The position numbers and the translations under genes were made by a program. Positions 51,317 through 64,000 of a stretch of DNA of 64,000 nt are shown in pieces. The stretch is from the NCBI GenBank assembly GCA_964016885.1, contig OZ024740.1:148180001-148244000 (forward strand), in the 5' to 3' direction. The stretch is from Eledone cirrhosa (taxonomy: Eukaryota). Every line of letters starts with the position of its first letter. Position 1 is the stretch's first letter. The notes under the pieces are model-generated. The model did not search any database. It was not told where the DNA came from and was given only the letters and a program-made list of their open reading frames with translations.

Positions 51317-54299
51317 AAGAATGAGAAATTAGATAGATCGAAGGGACGGGTGGGGTAGAATTGGAAAACACGTCTTTAGATAAAAATAACAGGTCCATTC
51401 ATGTTACCAAAGAGAGAGAGACAGAGAGAGAGAGAGAAAAATATAGATATAGATGCGCGCGCGCGCGTGTATGTGTGTTTTTGGCTGTGTGTGTGTGTGT
51501 CTGTGTGTGCGTGCGTTGTTATGGTACATGTACGCAAATATTTATTTTCTGATTATTCACAACGAATAAGGAAGTGAGATGTGTGAAATGGTTTCAATAA
51601 AATGAAACTGTTGTAAGGGGTTAGCGCATTCGTTCGTCAGTACGAAAAACATTGTTCGATTTCAGTAGCGTGTTTGTCATCCATAGCTCTTTTGAATTAT
51701 TTTATTATTTAAGAACAATTATCGTGGTTTGATGTTATGATTTACATTTTCACAGTTACATCGTTGTTATCCGTTAGTCACAGAGGCTTTACAAAGCTTT
51801 GTCCATACCAAGAAATTATCAATCTTTTCGAAGAAGAGGCTGAATTGAAATGCGATTCTTTATAACATCTTTTATTGGCAATAATGTGTCACCAAGCATT
51901 CGGTTATACATCATCCTATATTTATATATCCATATATTCATTCCTAGTATTTACATCTGGAATATGAAGAAAGTGAGTGTAAAAGTTGCTAAATGTTTTT
52001 ATCTGCAAATCTAACAGTATATTTTTCGAATTTAAATTGAAAACGTGAAGGGTATAAACTAAATATTTCAATTCATGTAATCCAACATTCTGTTATTTCC
52101 ATCAACTTTAACTATCGTAATACGTCTTTCAACAATTCACAAGTTTAATATTCACATGGTTTATGCACATTCAATTATCTTGAACCTAGTAATATAAATA
52201 TATTTATTTTACCAGTTATAGAGAGATAAAAGAGAATGTTGCTCTCACGGGATATAAACGCAGGATATAATACTCGAGGACATACTGTAAGTTCTGTAAG
52301 GCCCACAGCTTCTCTTATCAATGCACTGTGCCTAATGTTGATTAACATATTCATATAACTTCCAAAAAAAGTTGTTACTGGAGCAAGTTTCAATCTAGAA
52401 TATCCTAAAATAGCTATTTGTAGTTCTCATCTTAGACTAACAAATTATTTTTTCAATTACAACTATTCAACAAGAAAGTTGTATAACTGTAAAATACTAC
52501 TATAATTTCAATTTATTGTATATGCTACTTATGCCAATCTGGTTGTGATAACAACACTAGCTAAAATGTAAGTCATTTATTTAACACATTTCTTTCTCTT
52601 TACAATATAATTATATTCAAGTAGATAAGAATAGTTAAGTATCTACGTCCGAAGCATTTTATATAGCTTTTTAGTATACTCCGTTCTTATCTTTGGAAGT
52701 ATATCCTTTCTATAGTAAACCAGTTTTTATTTATTAAATTTTTTTTATAGTTTTTGGAGTAATGTTCTATGGTCGTACTTAGTTTATGCCGGCCAAGTGA
52801 TTTGATCCTTCACATCAAACAGCCAATGATAATATTATTAGGGTGTATTTGAAAGAATGTGTAAGCAAAACCAGTGATAATTGTAATAATGGTATTGATG
52901 GCGTCGGCAACATCAACAGATGAAAGCACTGTGAGTCGAAAGCCGTTTTCTATCCATCCTCTAGAATTACAGAAACAAAGATTTGTGTGAAGCTGAATGG
53001 GATGGCAAATGGCCGCAAAGGTAAACAAAGGCCGCCTCTTGTTACGTTTATTATAATCAATGCTCTGGCGTTGGGGAAGGGCAGCTTGTTGCCATATTGC
53101 CAGGCTTAATTTCCTTAGCACATACGAGTGCCAAACTGACGGGGAAGATTTTGTAAACAGTGTTATTCTGCTGCAAACATTTAAACTTTTGAAGGTGACC
53201 CGAGCGTTAAAGGTTCAGATCATATGATATTTCTTTGTCTTGTTGTAAGGGTTTGCTGAGAGAAAATCGCCATCTTGCAAAGAAAAAGTAAAGAGAAAGA
53301 AAGAAGCATCACTGTCATTTTGAGAGAAATAGAAGAGCTTGATAAAATTAACTAGAAATAAAAAAAGATACACAGATATATTTAAACAGGGTGAGAAAAG
53401 CGAGAAGCTGGAACCTGTAAACTGATTGATATGAAACCATTTCATTTGTAGTGGAAAGGAATATTTTACGATTAGTTTTGGCCTCATTCTGGACAATCCT
53501 AAGCGACGTAAATTTTATTCACCCTTTCTAATAAATATGTCAGCAACTAGTCTCATCTTGTTAGTATGTGTATATAGATAGCTTCACATAGTCTTCCTTT
53601 TATATAAACTGTTTCTAAAAAAACCGTACCGTTCGCGTAAACATTTCTGCAAACATACACGCGTAGATATACACTTATACTCACATATATATACGCTTAG
53701 TCACCATTCACACAAAACACATAAAAACATATACACACAAGTGCAGCTGTGTATATATATTATATTCGACTGTATATCCTAATGTATATTACTGTATATA
53801 AGGTTTTATATACATAATCATTATAATTATATTATACATTTATATGAGAAGTGAGAGAAATAAAGACGGGAGGAAATTGAAAGGAAGAAAAAGTGTGTAA
53901 AAAAGAAGTGGAGTTGAATAGAGAGATACAGAAAGTATGTGTGTATATGAGAAACTGACAAAATAGAAATATATTTTAAGTACCATCTTCTGTTTACTAC
54001 AGTGGCATTGCGTAGCCAGGTTAATAGACCATAGATGGTTACTGTTTAATATTAATATTGTTGTTGTTTGGTAGAGTTGGTAGAGCGACAAATAAAATGC
54101 CTGTTGGTATTTAGTTGAGACTCTTTACATTCTGAGTTCAAAACATGCAAAAGTCATCTTTCCTTTTTATTTTTACGTGTATGATAAAATAAGGGACTAG
54201 TTAAATATTGGAGCCGATTTAATAAGCTGTAACATTCTCCTTAAATTATGTGTTTGTATGAAATAAGTATTATTTTTATATGGTAATATTATTCCTATT

Positions 54300-56270
54300 T
54301 TGATGACCAAATGTTGAAGCTGGCGCATTTCTACATAATTCAGTCTACTGCCTTCCATCACTCGTGGACACGGCCTAAAGAACTTGTACTTCTCCATTTG
54401 CTTCAGCGGAACTCCTTTCACATGTAGAATGCACAGCGCAGGCTTCCTTGGGAAGACGAGGGTCTCAATCTTCGCAGTTCTGATTTTCATTCCTTCCTGC
54501 CGCGCAGCACACGGCAGCACACATCACGTGCATGTTGGAGATCACCTATTGATGAATTAAGTAATACCATGCTATACACAAATTCCAACCGACTTATCCT
54601 ACGCTTGTCTGTCGTCATACCACTCTCAGCCCGGCTGCGCATGTCAATACTGTCCATAAAGATTATGAACAAGAATACGCACCCACAATAGTTTCGAATT
54701 AGCACCATTTATGCGAACACTAGGGAATTCGTATAGTAACATCGGGGAAATAAGGAATTGCACATCAATCCCATACTCCTGCAGAACATTCCACAACAGG
54801 TCCCACGGAAGACGGTCGTATGGCCTTTCGAACTCTGTGAAACAAGTATATACCTCTTGGTAATATTTGCCGCAGTTTAGATATTTGGTCGGCTATGTTG
54901 CGACCGGAGCGAAGACCACACTTCGTCAGCTAACTTGGATTCGACAATATCCCTACATCTATTTGCCAGACACTTAACATAAAATTTACCGGGGAGGCTT
55001 AATAAGATCCCTCTTTAATTGGAGCAATTTCTCTTGTCTCATTTTTTTTTTTTTTTTTTTTTAAATTGGGGTTATCACTCCCGATTGCCATTGCTTAAGT
55101 GCTTTTCCAGAGATTCAGACCACCCATCACACACGAGTCAGGCAAAGAATACCTTCTTTATTCAAGGCTTTTTACATCTCAGGCGGAAATTCCTCCTCCC
55201 CTGAGGCGTTACCATATTTGAGCTCATAAATTGCTCTTGTGACCTCAACCTACGAGAGTCATGGTTCCTAGATGTATCTCATGTACATCAGAAAATGCGG
55301 ATGTCATCGGGTTTAGGAGATCAGCGGAGTGTTCTCTCCATCGTGTGAGGATACACCTCTCAGAAGAGAGAACCCAAACGAGTTCCTGACAAGTAGGCGT
55401 GAAGAGGATTTCTTATTACGAAGTCGGTGGCTGACCTGTTAGACTACTTTATTTGCTAGTCGGTTTCCAGCTTAAACTCAAAGTCCTCTTTGCTGTCTCT
55501 GTTACCATTTTTGGAGGCCCGCTTATACTACAAGTGCAAAAAAAGAGGGCGTATTTCCAAACCAAGCTTTGTAAGCCTCCTTCTTTGCTCGGATGGTATC
55601 TTTGACCACTTGATTGAACCAACATGTTTTCCTGCTACCCGGTAATGCACTTAATCGCTTCCAACCACAGTACTTAAGAGCCGAAGCAGAAATTGTCGAG
55701 TTGAACAGTCTCCACTCCGTTTCAACATCCTCACTTTGCTCGGGCTCCTTTCTTTCAGTCTAAGCTTCAAGAGGCAAATCCTCCCTCTCAATGGGATCCA
55801 GTCTATAAAACATTGTGACAGCCGGAGGCTTGTGAGTACTCTTACTCACGCCTGTGCTATCATTTCTGAAGCATATCAGACCTGAATAGTGGAGTTTCCA
55901 TCTTCCATCGAAATCTACAGTACCAGCGCCACGGAAATATTTTGAAGAAACCCCGATTACATGTAGCGGGTAGCCTCTGTCCTCCTCCATTAGTTCTTGA
56001 TACTTACCCCTAAGAGTTGTAACGTTTCAGTTACTAACTGTCAAGGTTTGCTCTATTCCAGCGCTTTTTGTGGTCTCAGGATACTTCGTGCATCCATCTC
56101 ACGTCTTCCAGGATGGGTTGTAGGTCCATCGCCAGTTCTTACAGCGTTATAGTTTACTGTTACTGATCGTTGGTCCGTGGTTGCTTATTCGGCTCGTAGG
56201 ATCTCGCTTATATCGCAACTAACAATCATATTTGATAGCCATATCGCTATTCGCTACTTGCGACCCATTC
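54300..56270 (-). mobile_element. Heavily degraded RTE-type LINE
   Basis: Fragments GRWKLHYSG (endonuclease region) and GMKIRTAKIETLV...KGVPLKQMEKYKF (RT C-terminal part); boundaries approximate. Confidence 0.65.
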
Positions 56271-56724
56271 TCTAGCAGAACGGCTCTACCGAGAACGACG
56301 TGAAGGCGTGTGATATAATGGTTAGACTCTTCTGCTCACTATCGTAAGGGCCTGAGTTCGATTGTCGACTGAGTATTATTTCCTCGAAAAGGAGAAACCT
56401 TAATTCACGTTTTAACAGTTCACTCCGTAGAAAGGAGATGCGATGTCACTGGTATCAAGTGACATTGGCCTTTATCTATCCTATTTCCTTGAGTTAATTG
56501 AACCTATTGTTCAAAGGTCCTGCTTTCTCACCTAATCTATTATGCTGAATCTCTGTGACAGCTGCATTTGTAGTACACGCGTCTGTGAATCGCTCAGTCT
56601 CATGTGCGGTAATTTCATGAGGAGAGTATTTCACTGGTCAAACAATTGTAACACTCGACATCGGAACCGACTGATGTCCAACAACGTATATAATACATTC
56701 ATAAATTCACATACATACATACAT

Positions 56725-59700
56725 GAGACAACGTGATCAGTCGCATATTTTGGCGTGGGAGACTATTTATTAAATTTAAGATTAATACTATCTCCGACAG
56801 TAATGCCACAACTACAGCCAGGTTGAATAACTGGTTATTCTTTTAACTATCCCTTCTGAAGACACATTTTATTCGAATTCGTAGAGATATCCGACTAAAT
56901 ACATAATTCATTTTACAAGGATTTGCTACAAACAGCATGGCTGAACACAACTTCAACAAAAAAATTAAGGAAGTATCGAAGACAAATAACAAAGAAGGTA
57001 ATCAAACTTTATTCAGTTGTAGCTACAGAAGAAACCGAAATTATAAATCGCATTTCTCTTGCAGTTGCGAACTTAATAATGATTTATTTAATTGTTATAA
57101 AATGGCAAAAAACAATCTCTCCATTGGCTATATGAATAGAATGAAGCTACACCCAGAGCTAAATTATTTCACAGCGAAACAATTACGCCAACAAGCGACG
57201 TTTGTTGAACGTAAAATTAAGATAAATATTATTAATTGTAAGTCCCCCACAACAAACATGGAATCAACAACACGTGCTACAGATTGCCATGCTACTAGAC
57301 TTCCTAGAAGCCAGGTCGAACAGCGCCTTGAAACAACTATGCCTGTAAGAAACTTGACACCACCTGTACCATCTAAGTCTACCTCGAATGCTGGGGAAAA
57401 CACTATCGATAATAATATTAATCGAAGAAATAATAATAATAATCGTATAAATGTGACACCACGTATACCATCCGAGTCTACCTCGACTGTTGTGGAAAAT
57501 ACTATCGATAATTATAATCAAAAGTATAAACAATTGAAAATTTCTCTCAACGAAATCTTCCAGAGAGAAATTAACTCATGTATAAATATCTCTCTGGCTG
57601 AACGTGTTAAAATGACAATGGTGAATAAAAAACCAAATAATGAAATACTACATGTTATTGACGAAATAGGGGATGAATATTTACGACGGATAAAAACCCC
57701 AACATTTTGGCAAATCAACGCCTGTTTATATGCCTTAGCAACGACAGTGAAGCATTATCTTGGTGATAGCAGAGATATTAACAAGAACAAAACACCACCA
57801 AAAATACCATCATATATAACTAAAATAGAAAAAAAGAGTGCTGACCTACGAAAAAACATAGGACATGACAATGCTCCTTACATGCAAACAAACACAAAAA
57901 ACCTCACTCCTCACCAACAAAGAGTGAAAAATAAAATAGAGACGATGTTTGGTAACAGTAGAACCAGAACTCTTCAATATAAGCTGATCACCCTCAAACA
58001 AGAATTGAGAGCTGTTAGCGAAAAACGCTGATACCTGAAGAAGGTAGATGAGAGAAAAATGCTTAATAAAAGATTCAGACGAAACCAAACATCAGTCTAT
58101 AGAGATATGAAGGGCAAAATAATAAGTGTCACTGAGGCCCCATCCCAGAAAGACATAGATTCCTTTTGGAGAAAAATATGGGGTGAAAAGAAGAATTTCA
58201 ACAAAGATGCAGTGTGGCTAAGAGAAATCCGAAAGAACTATTGCTCCTACACTACAACAAAAACATACGAAATAAGTGAGGGTACCCTTGAGACTGTGAT
58301 AGGAAAACTCCAAGATAAGAAAACACCAGGAAGAGACATGATTTTCGGCTACTGGTACAAAAAACTAATATTCTATCGGAGGTATCTTACTGACCTCTAC
58401 CAACAAGTTCTTAAGGGAGATACACTTATACCAGTATGGTTGACATTAGCACAAACGTTACTGGTCCCCAAGAACAAAGACACCCACTTGGCAAAAAACT
58501 ACCGACCCATTGCATGCCAGAACCTGATGCATAAGATGTATACAGCCTGCCTGAACCTATTCCTCCAAGATCACTGTGAAAATAATAACATCATCACAGA
58601 TGAACAAGCAGCTGGAAAGAAAAGGTTTTGGTGATGTGCTGAACAACTCCTAATCAACAAAACTGCGATGTCGGAGGTGAGACAACTTAGGAGGAATATG
58701 ACTACGGTCTGGATGGACTACAAGAAAGCTTTCGATTCTGTGCCCCACTCTTGGATGATAGAGGCCCTGCAACTTGCTAAAGTCCCAGACATTATTGTCA
58801 GAGCCATAGAGAAGCTGTCTTCTTCTTGGGCTAATATCCTAAGGTTAAAGACAGAGAGGGAGGACTCTATTTTCACTGATAAAATAAAATATTGCAGGGG
58901 TATATTTCAGGGAGACAGTCTCTCTGTGATATTGTTCATCTTGTCATTAAACCCCTTGTCCTTTCTGCTCAAGAAATGTGAGGGATATATCATTAGCTCA
59001 CAGGAGGACAGAAATACGAACCTAACCCATAACTTCTTTGTGGACGATCTGAAACTGTATGCCAAGAACATGGATGGGATGAAGAAAAATCTTGACCTGG
59101 TTACAACGTTCTCAAAGGATATAGGAATGGAGTTTGGCCAAGATAAATGCTCATACATGACTGTAAAGCGGGGAAAAACAACAACCCAATCTAGCAACAT
59201 TGTCATCAATGGTCTAACTGTTTCATCGATATCTGATGAGGACTGCTACAGATACCTGCGGATAGATGAGAACATATCCTATAATGGTATCTGTAATAAG
59301 GAATGCGTAACCAGGGAATACTTCACTCGATTAAGAAAGATCTGGTCATCGGAACTCTCTGCGCTAAACAAAACAGTGGCTCACAATGTGGTTGATGTGC
59401 CTGTCCTAACACCAACCTTTGGAATACTCAGTTGGGCGATAGACGAAATCCGAGCAGTTGATGTTGGAACTCGAAAAATACTGAACAACACCGGAAACTT
59501 CCACATCAACAGTGACATAGACCGCCTTTACTTGAAACGTAAGCAGGGAGGCAGAGGCCTAACATCAGTCCAGACAAAATTTGAATGTCGCATCATATCT
59601 CTCCGACAACATCTACGAACCTCGAAGCGTAGAAGCTCGTTTCCCGAACAAGTCTATCTGCATGAAACAGATAAGATCATGAGAGTTGGGAAGGAACTCC

Positions 59701-60804
59701 TTGAGAGATATTTCCTGTGTGATAATCAAAAACTCACACCCAGGGATGTCGCTCAGCAGTATCGCAGTGAATCCATGGGTGAAAAACTGCATGCCTATCA
59801 GCAAAAAATCATGCATGGATATGTTGCCAGAAAGTTCCAGAGTGAGAGTAATATAGATAAGGAAAGTAGTCTATCTTGTACCAACAACCGCTATATTGGC
59901 TCCCACTTTGAAGGATACGCTTTTGCAATCCAAGAACAGGAGATTAGCACGAAATACCTGATTCACAAAAGAGATAGGGATGCAGGCAAAACACCTAGAT
60001 GTGATAACAAGTGCAGACTCTGCAGAACTAACATCGAGGATATCACCCATGTCATCAGCAGCTGTCCAAAGATGTCATCGCGGTACTATCTACCTATGAG
60101 GCATGATGTAGTGGCCAAAACACTGTACAATGCAGTTCGTAAAAAAGATAGCCCCGATAATAAACACATTAAAAGCTACAACAGTTTGGAAGACATCCAT
60201 GTACATAATATGAAAGAGTACTGGTGGAATGTTCCAGTAAAAACCCCAATAAAATGCAGGCATAACAGACCAGATATTATGATATGGGACAGGGAGAAGA
60301 AAACATGCACAGTAGTGGAAATTAGCTGCCCAGCAGATGCCAATATAATATCAAAGATTAGTGAAAAAGAGAATATTTATGCAGAACTGATGAGAAATCT
60401 GCAGATACTCCACCCTGATTACACCTTCAGATTTATGCCTGTGATTATTGGGGCACTGGGGTATGTTAGTAACTGCCTCAATACAAATATTGAGAAGCTA
60501 GGCTTCACAGGAACAGAAAGAACACAACTAGCTAGGAAACTACAAGTACAATCCATTAATGGAACAGTAAAAATATGTAAAACATTCCAGAAATTTTGCA
60601 ACTAATAACTGCATATACACATGTACAGATACAAAGCATATACACATGCACACATACAACTCAAAACATCCACATCCACACATACAATAACATCCATATC
60701 TACCTAGTTGATGTGTAAATTCCAATGAGAGAGTCTTGTGTCTATGTTAGAAACCGACTCTCTGTCTATTGGTAAAACTCTGTGAAATTATAAAACCAGA
60801 AGAA
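56725..60804 (+). mobile_element. Near-intact, apparently full-length R4/Dong-like LINE (family B) in a (CATA)n tract
   Basis: Single frame 56937-60605 broken by two TGA codons (58029, 58632); TPGRD, NYRPIAC, DYKKAFDSV, IFQGD, FFVDD, GGRGL, CRLC..H...C, RHD, RPDI, KE..Y; CATA repeats at both junctions. Confidence 0.95.
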
Positions 60805-60819
60805 CATACATACATATAT

Positions 60820-61519
60820 TTACTGAAGATGGCCATCTCGTCAACGAATTCCCTACTATGAACTTCAGCCCACTGCAGACTGCTGGCCTGTTTGATGACT
60901 GAACAGGCTTTGTTCAGGTCACCTATTCTAGCCTTTTTCTATGTGGTATGCGTGAGTAGTGCGTGCCCCCCCCCCCCACAAAAGCTGCTTAGACACTCAA
61001 GACGCCGCCGAAACATGCTGTTCAAGTTAACAGTGCAGCGACATTAGGACAAGACTTGAGTCGCCCACGTGTAGATTTGTGACTATGAGCTTCTAACCGG
61101 TCGAGTCGGCACCCGTTGCCACTCCTACACCGCCATAGGACTTGTGAAGAAATATTTGCATATAAAGATGGCAATGCTATGTGCTTGTGCTACACGCGTA
61201 GCAACCACTCCATCCCCGCAGCTAGGTGTCCAATGACAAGCCAAGGCAAGATAACAGGACAGTTACGAGGATCGCATGTGTCACTGTCATGGAATTTAAC
61301 CTCAAGGAAGTGTAATCGTACTCACCACGCTTGGACAATTACGGGTTGATGAGGCTAGGAGTTCATCCGCCCTTTGAAAGCCCTTGATTTTCTGCTGCTG
61401 TGTTTCGATTTACCCTCCTCAGAGTCTGGTGTGGGAGCCGGTTTAGTCACCAACCACTCGATCAAGAAACAGGTTGTACTGGGTTTCATGGTACCAGTAG
61501 CAGGCAGAAGCCTGACCTG
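60820..61519 (-). mobile_element. Diverged RTE-derived non-autonomous element
   Basis: The 5' head is homologous to 4960-5050; a 3' TCG-N4-CGA hairpin lies next to (TATG)n; the interior is not alignable by eye. Confidence 0.55.
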
Positions 61520-61551
61520 ACATACATACATACATACATACATACATACAT

Positions 61552-61600
<49 letters not shown>

Positions 61601-61629
61601 TACATACATACATACATACATACATACAT

Positions 61630-61660
<31 letters not shown>

Positions 61661-61681
61661 TACATACATACATACATACAT

Positions 61682-61714
<33 letters not shown>

Positions 61715-61719
61715 TACAT

Positions 61720-61756
<37 letters not shown>

Positions 61757-61776
61757 TACATACATACATACATACA

Positions 61777-61805
<29 letters not shown>
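61520..61805. repeat. Compound (CATA)n/(CA)n microsatellite
   Basis: Direct reading. Confidence 0.95.
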
Positions 61806-61807
<2 letters not shown>

Positions 61808-62488
61808 GCATTGCGATCATTCCAAGTAAAGGCCTTAGAAATTCAAATTTCTTATTAGTAATATAGTTAACACTAATTTCTAAGCTATTGTGCATTTGTA
61901 ATATAATGTTACAAAACAGTTTCTAATTGTACATTTAAAATTCTTCAATTTTAATTCCCTAGAATCACTGACTTGTGAAGAACACTTAACTTAGTGTGTT
62001 GACGAAGATTGATACGTGATATTTCCCCACTGGTTCTATCGAACGTTATCGCTGTATAACCATAAGTACTGACTCGTGGATTTTTATTTTGTACTGCTTT
62101 GTTTTGTGTTGCTTGCTGTTAAATTGTTTATACAACCGATTACACTCGCAGATTACTGACATGTTCATTCAAGAAAAGACTGAAAGCGTTCTTTGAGTGA
62201 CTGCGTCAATTTACTTTGCTACCAATTATGAGATGTAAACTAGAATGCTAATCTTGCTGAATATTCACATACACACGCTTGCGCTCCCGCATATAGACAC
62301 ATAGACACATAGACACATACACACATACACACACACACACTCTCTCTCTCTCTCTCACCCATGAGAATGACGATAACTGAAAAAGATGACAACCAGCAAT
62401 GGTAGACAGCTTTACTTCACTTCCATTAACTTGATATATATAAGTATGCATATTTACCCGCAACATACGCTGTCGCGGATTTACGACA

Positions 62489-62667
62489 AATAATTGTTTC
62501 TACTTTAGGCACAAGGCCAGCAATTACCCAGTGCATTACTGGTACTTTATTTTATCGACCCCGTAAGGATGAAAGGCAAAGTCAACCTCGGCGGGATTTG
62601 AACTCAGATCGTAAAGGGACGTAACTATGCTGGAAAGCATGGCGTCCGACCCTCTACCGATACTGCA
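62489..62667 (-). mobile_element. OR-type SINE
   Basis: Reverse complement of 34780-34960. Confidence 0.9.
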
Positions 62668-62765
62668 AATAATGTATTGCTGTTAGGTTTTGTCTTTTGG
62701 ATGATTTTACCTCCAATAAATGGCCATAACTAAAGCAATATGTATTAATTATACGCAATACACTG

Positions 62766-62829
<64 letters not shown>

Positions 62830-62922
62830 GTAAATATGCATATATATCATATATAGATAGATAAAATAAAATAAAATAAGTAAGTCAAATATTTAAAATT
62901 TGGCTTCGTTTATTAGAGGTGT

Positions 62923-62977
62923 ACTGCTATATATATTTTGGTGACAGCTATCTTTGGCTGTGACCTCTTCAGGCAGT
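62923..62977 (-). ncRNA. Degenerate hammerhead inside 34-bp inverted repeats (62867-62900 / 63090-63123)
   Basis: ACTGC-CTGAAGA-GGTCACAGC-CAAAGATA-GCTGTCACC-AAAA-TATATA-TA-GCAGT; G12 is mutated to A. Confidence 0.6.
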
Positions 62978-63188
62978 TCGAATTGGTGTGGTAGAGACGG
63001 GTACACATGTTGTTGAGGTGTTTAACTCCGTCAATACTCGGATATGCCCAGTTCCTGGTTGGGTTGTTATTTCTCTGAGGAACTGATTCAATTTTAAATA
63101 TTTGACTTATTTATTTTATTTTACATTACTCCAGAGTAACCAAACCAACCTGCGCATTTCGTCGGTAAACAACCAACATATACTCTAA

Positions 63189-63245
<57 letters not shown>

Positions 63246-63402
63246 TAATGCGTCGATGGAGGTGTGTCCCTCGTTCAAACATATCAACAAAATTATATTT
63301 GTTCTTGTGTAACCTCTGTCTGATTAATACCCGTCAGTCTAAGTTACGATTACATAATAACAATGCGCTGGCATTGCAGAAATGTGCATAATTGAATGAA
63401 GT

Positions 63403-63434
<32 letters not shown>

Positions 63435-63576
63435 CATATATCCAATATATATATGTATCCAATGAATTATATCGTTGAAAATTTTGTATTTTAAACTTTG
63501 CTTCACGACATCTACATACGGATTACATTGAGTTCTTCATACGGTTTAGACCCTACCATTAATTGGTGGATTTATC

Positions 63577-63664
<88 letters not shown>

Positions 63665-63667
<3 letters not shown>

Positions 63668-63910
63668 CGGTTCTCAGACCGGTTGATGCGTTGTGTCCTT
63701 GAGCAAGACACTTTATTTCACGTTGCTCCAGTTTACTCAGCTGTAGAAATGGGTTGCGACTCACTGGTGGCGTGGAGAGGGGTGACTGGTATTTATAGGC
63801 GACTGCTGGTCTTCCACAAAACAACCTTGCCCGAACTTGCGCCTCGGAGGAGAGCTTTCTAGGTGCAAATCCAATTGTCATTCGTGACCCTGGTTGGTAT
63901 TTACCCTACC
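63665..63910 (+). mobile_element. 5'-truncated SINE of the second family
   Basis: GTCCTTGAGCAAGACACTTTATTTCACGTTGCTCCAG core; the tail is shared with 49590-49700. Confidence 0.7.
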
Positions 63911-64000
63911 CATACATATATGGAAAAACAGCGCCAGATGACAACATATTATGATAAGAGTATATTAGTACAATGCTTCAATGAATTAATAAAACGAATT

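Overview
AT-rich, microsatellite-dense eukaryotic DNA with no recognisable host protein-coding gene. The tRNA-derived SINEs resemble those I recall from Octopus, so a coleoid cephalopod source is likely (inference). The window is mostly mobile DNA: R4/Dong-like restriction-endonuclease LINEs in (CATA)n tracts (one nearly intact, 56725-60804), a full-length RTE LINE with a PHD-type finger, Tx1, CRE and RTE relics, bipartite RTE-derived non-autonomous elements, mariner relics, SINE clusters, a 5.8S rRNA copy and a ~0.9 kb degenerate TTAGGG tract. The main hidden signal is a set of non-coding repeats carrying type I hammerhead ribozyme (HHR) folds, from several unrelated families. They occur as tandem ~316 and ~430 bp units, inverted arrays and fold-back palindromes, usually beside (TA)n. 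They look like non-LTR retrozymes or Penelope-derived circRNA elements. One has the U3-A8 variant core, and in another family a perfect palindrome is centred on the predicted cleavage site. Separately, the 5' head of the RTE-derived elements forms a three-way-junction RNA with compensatory changes across three copies. All folds were read by eye and none is tested.
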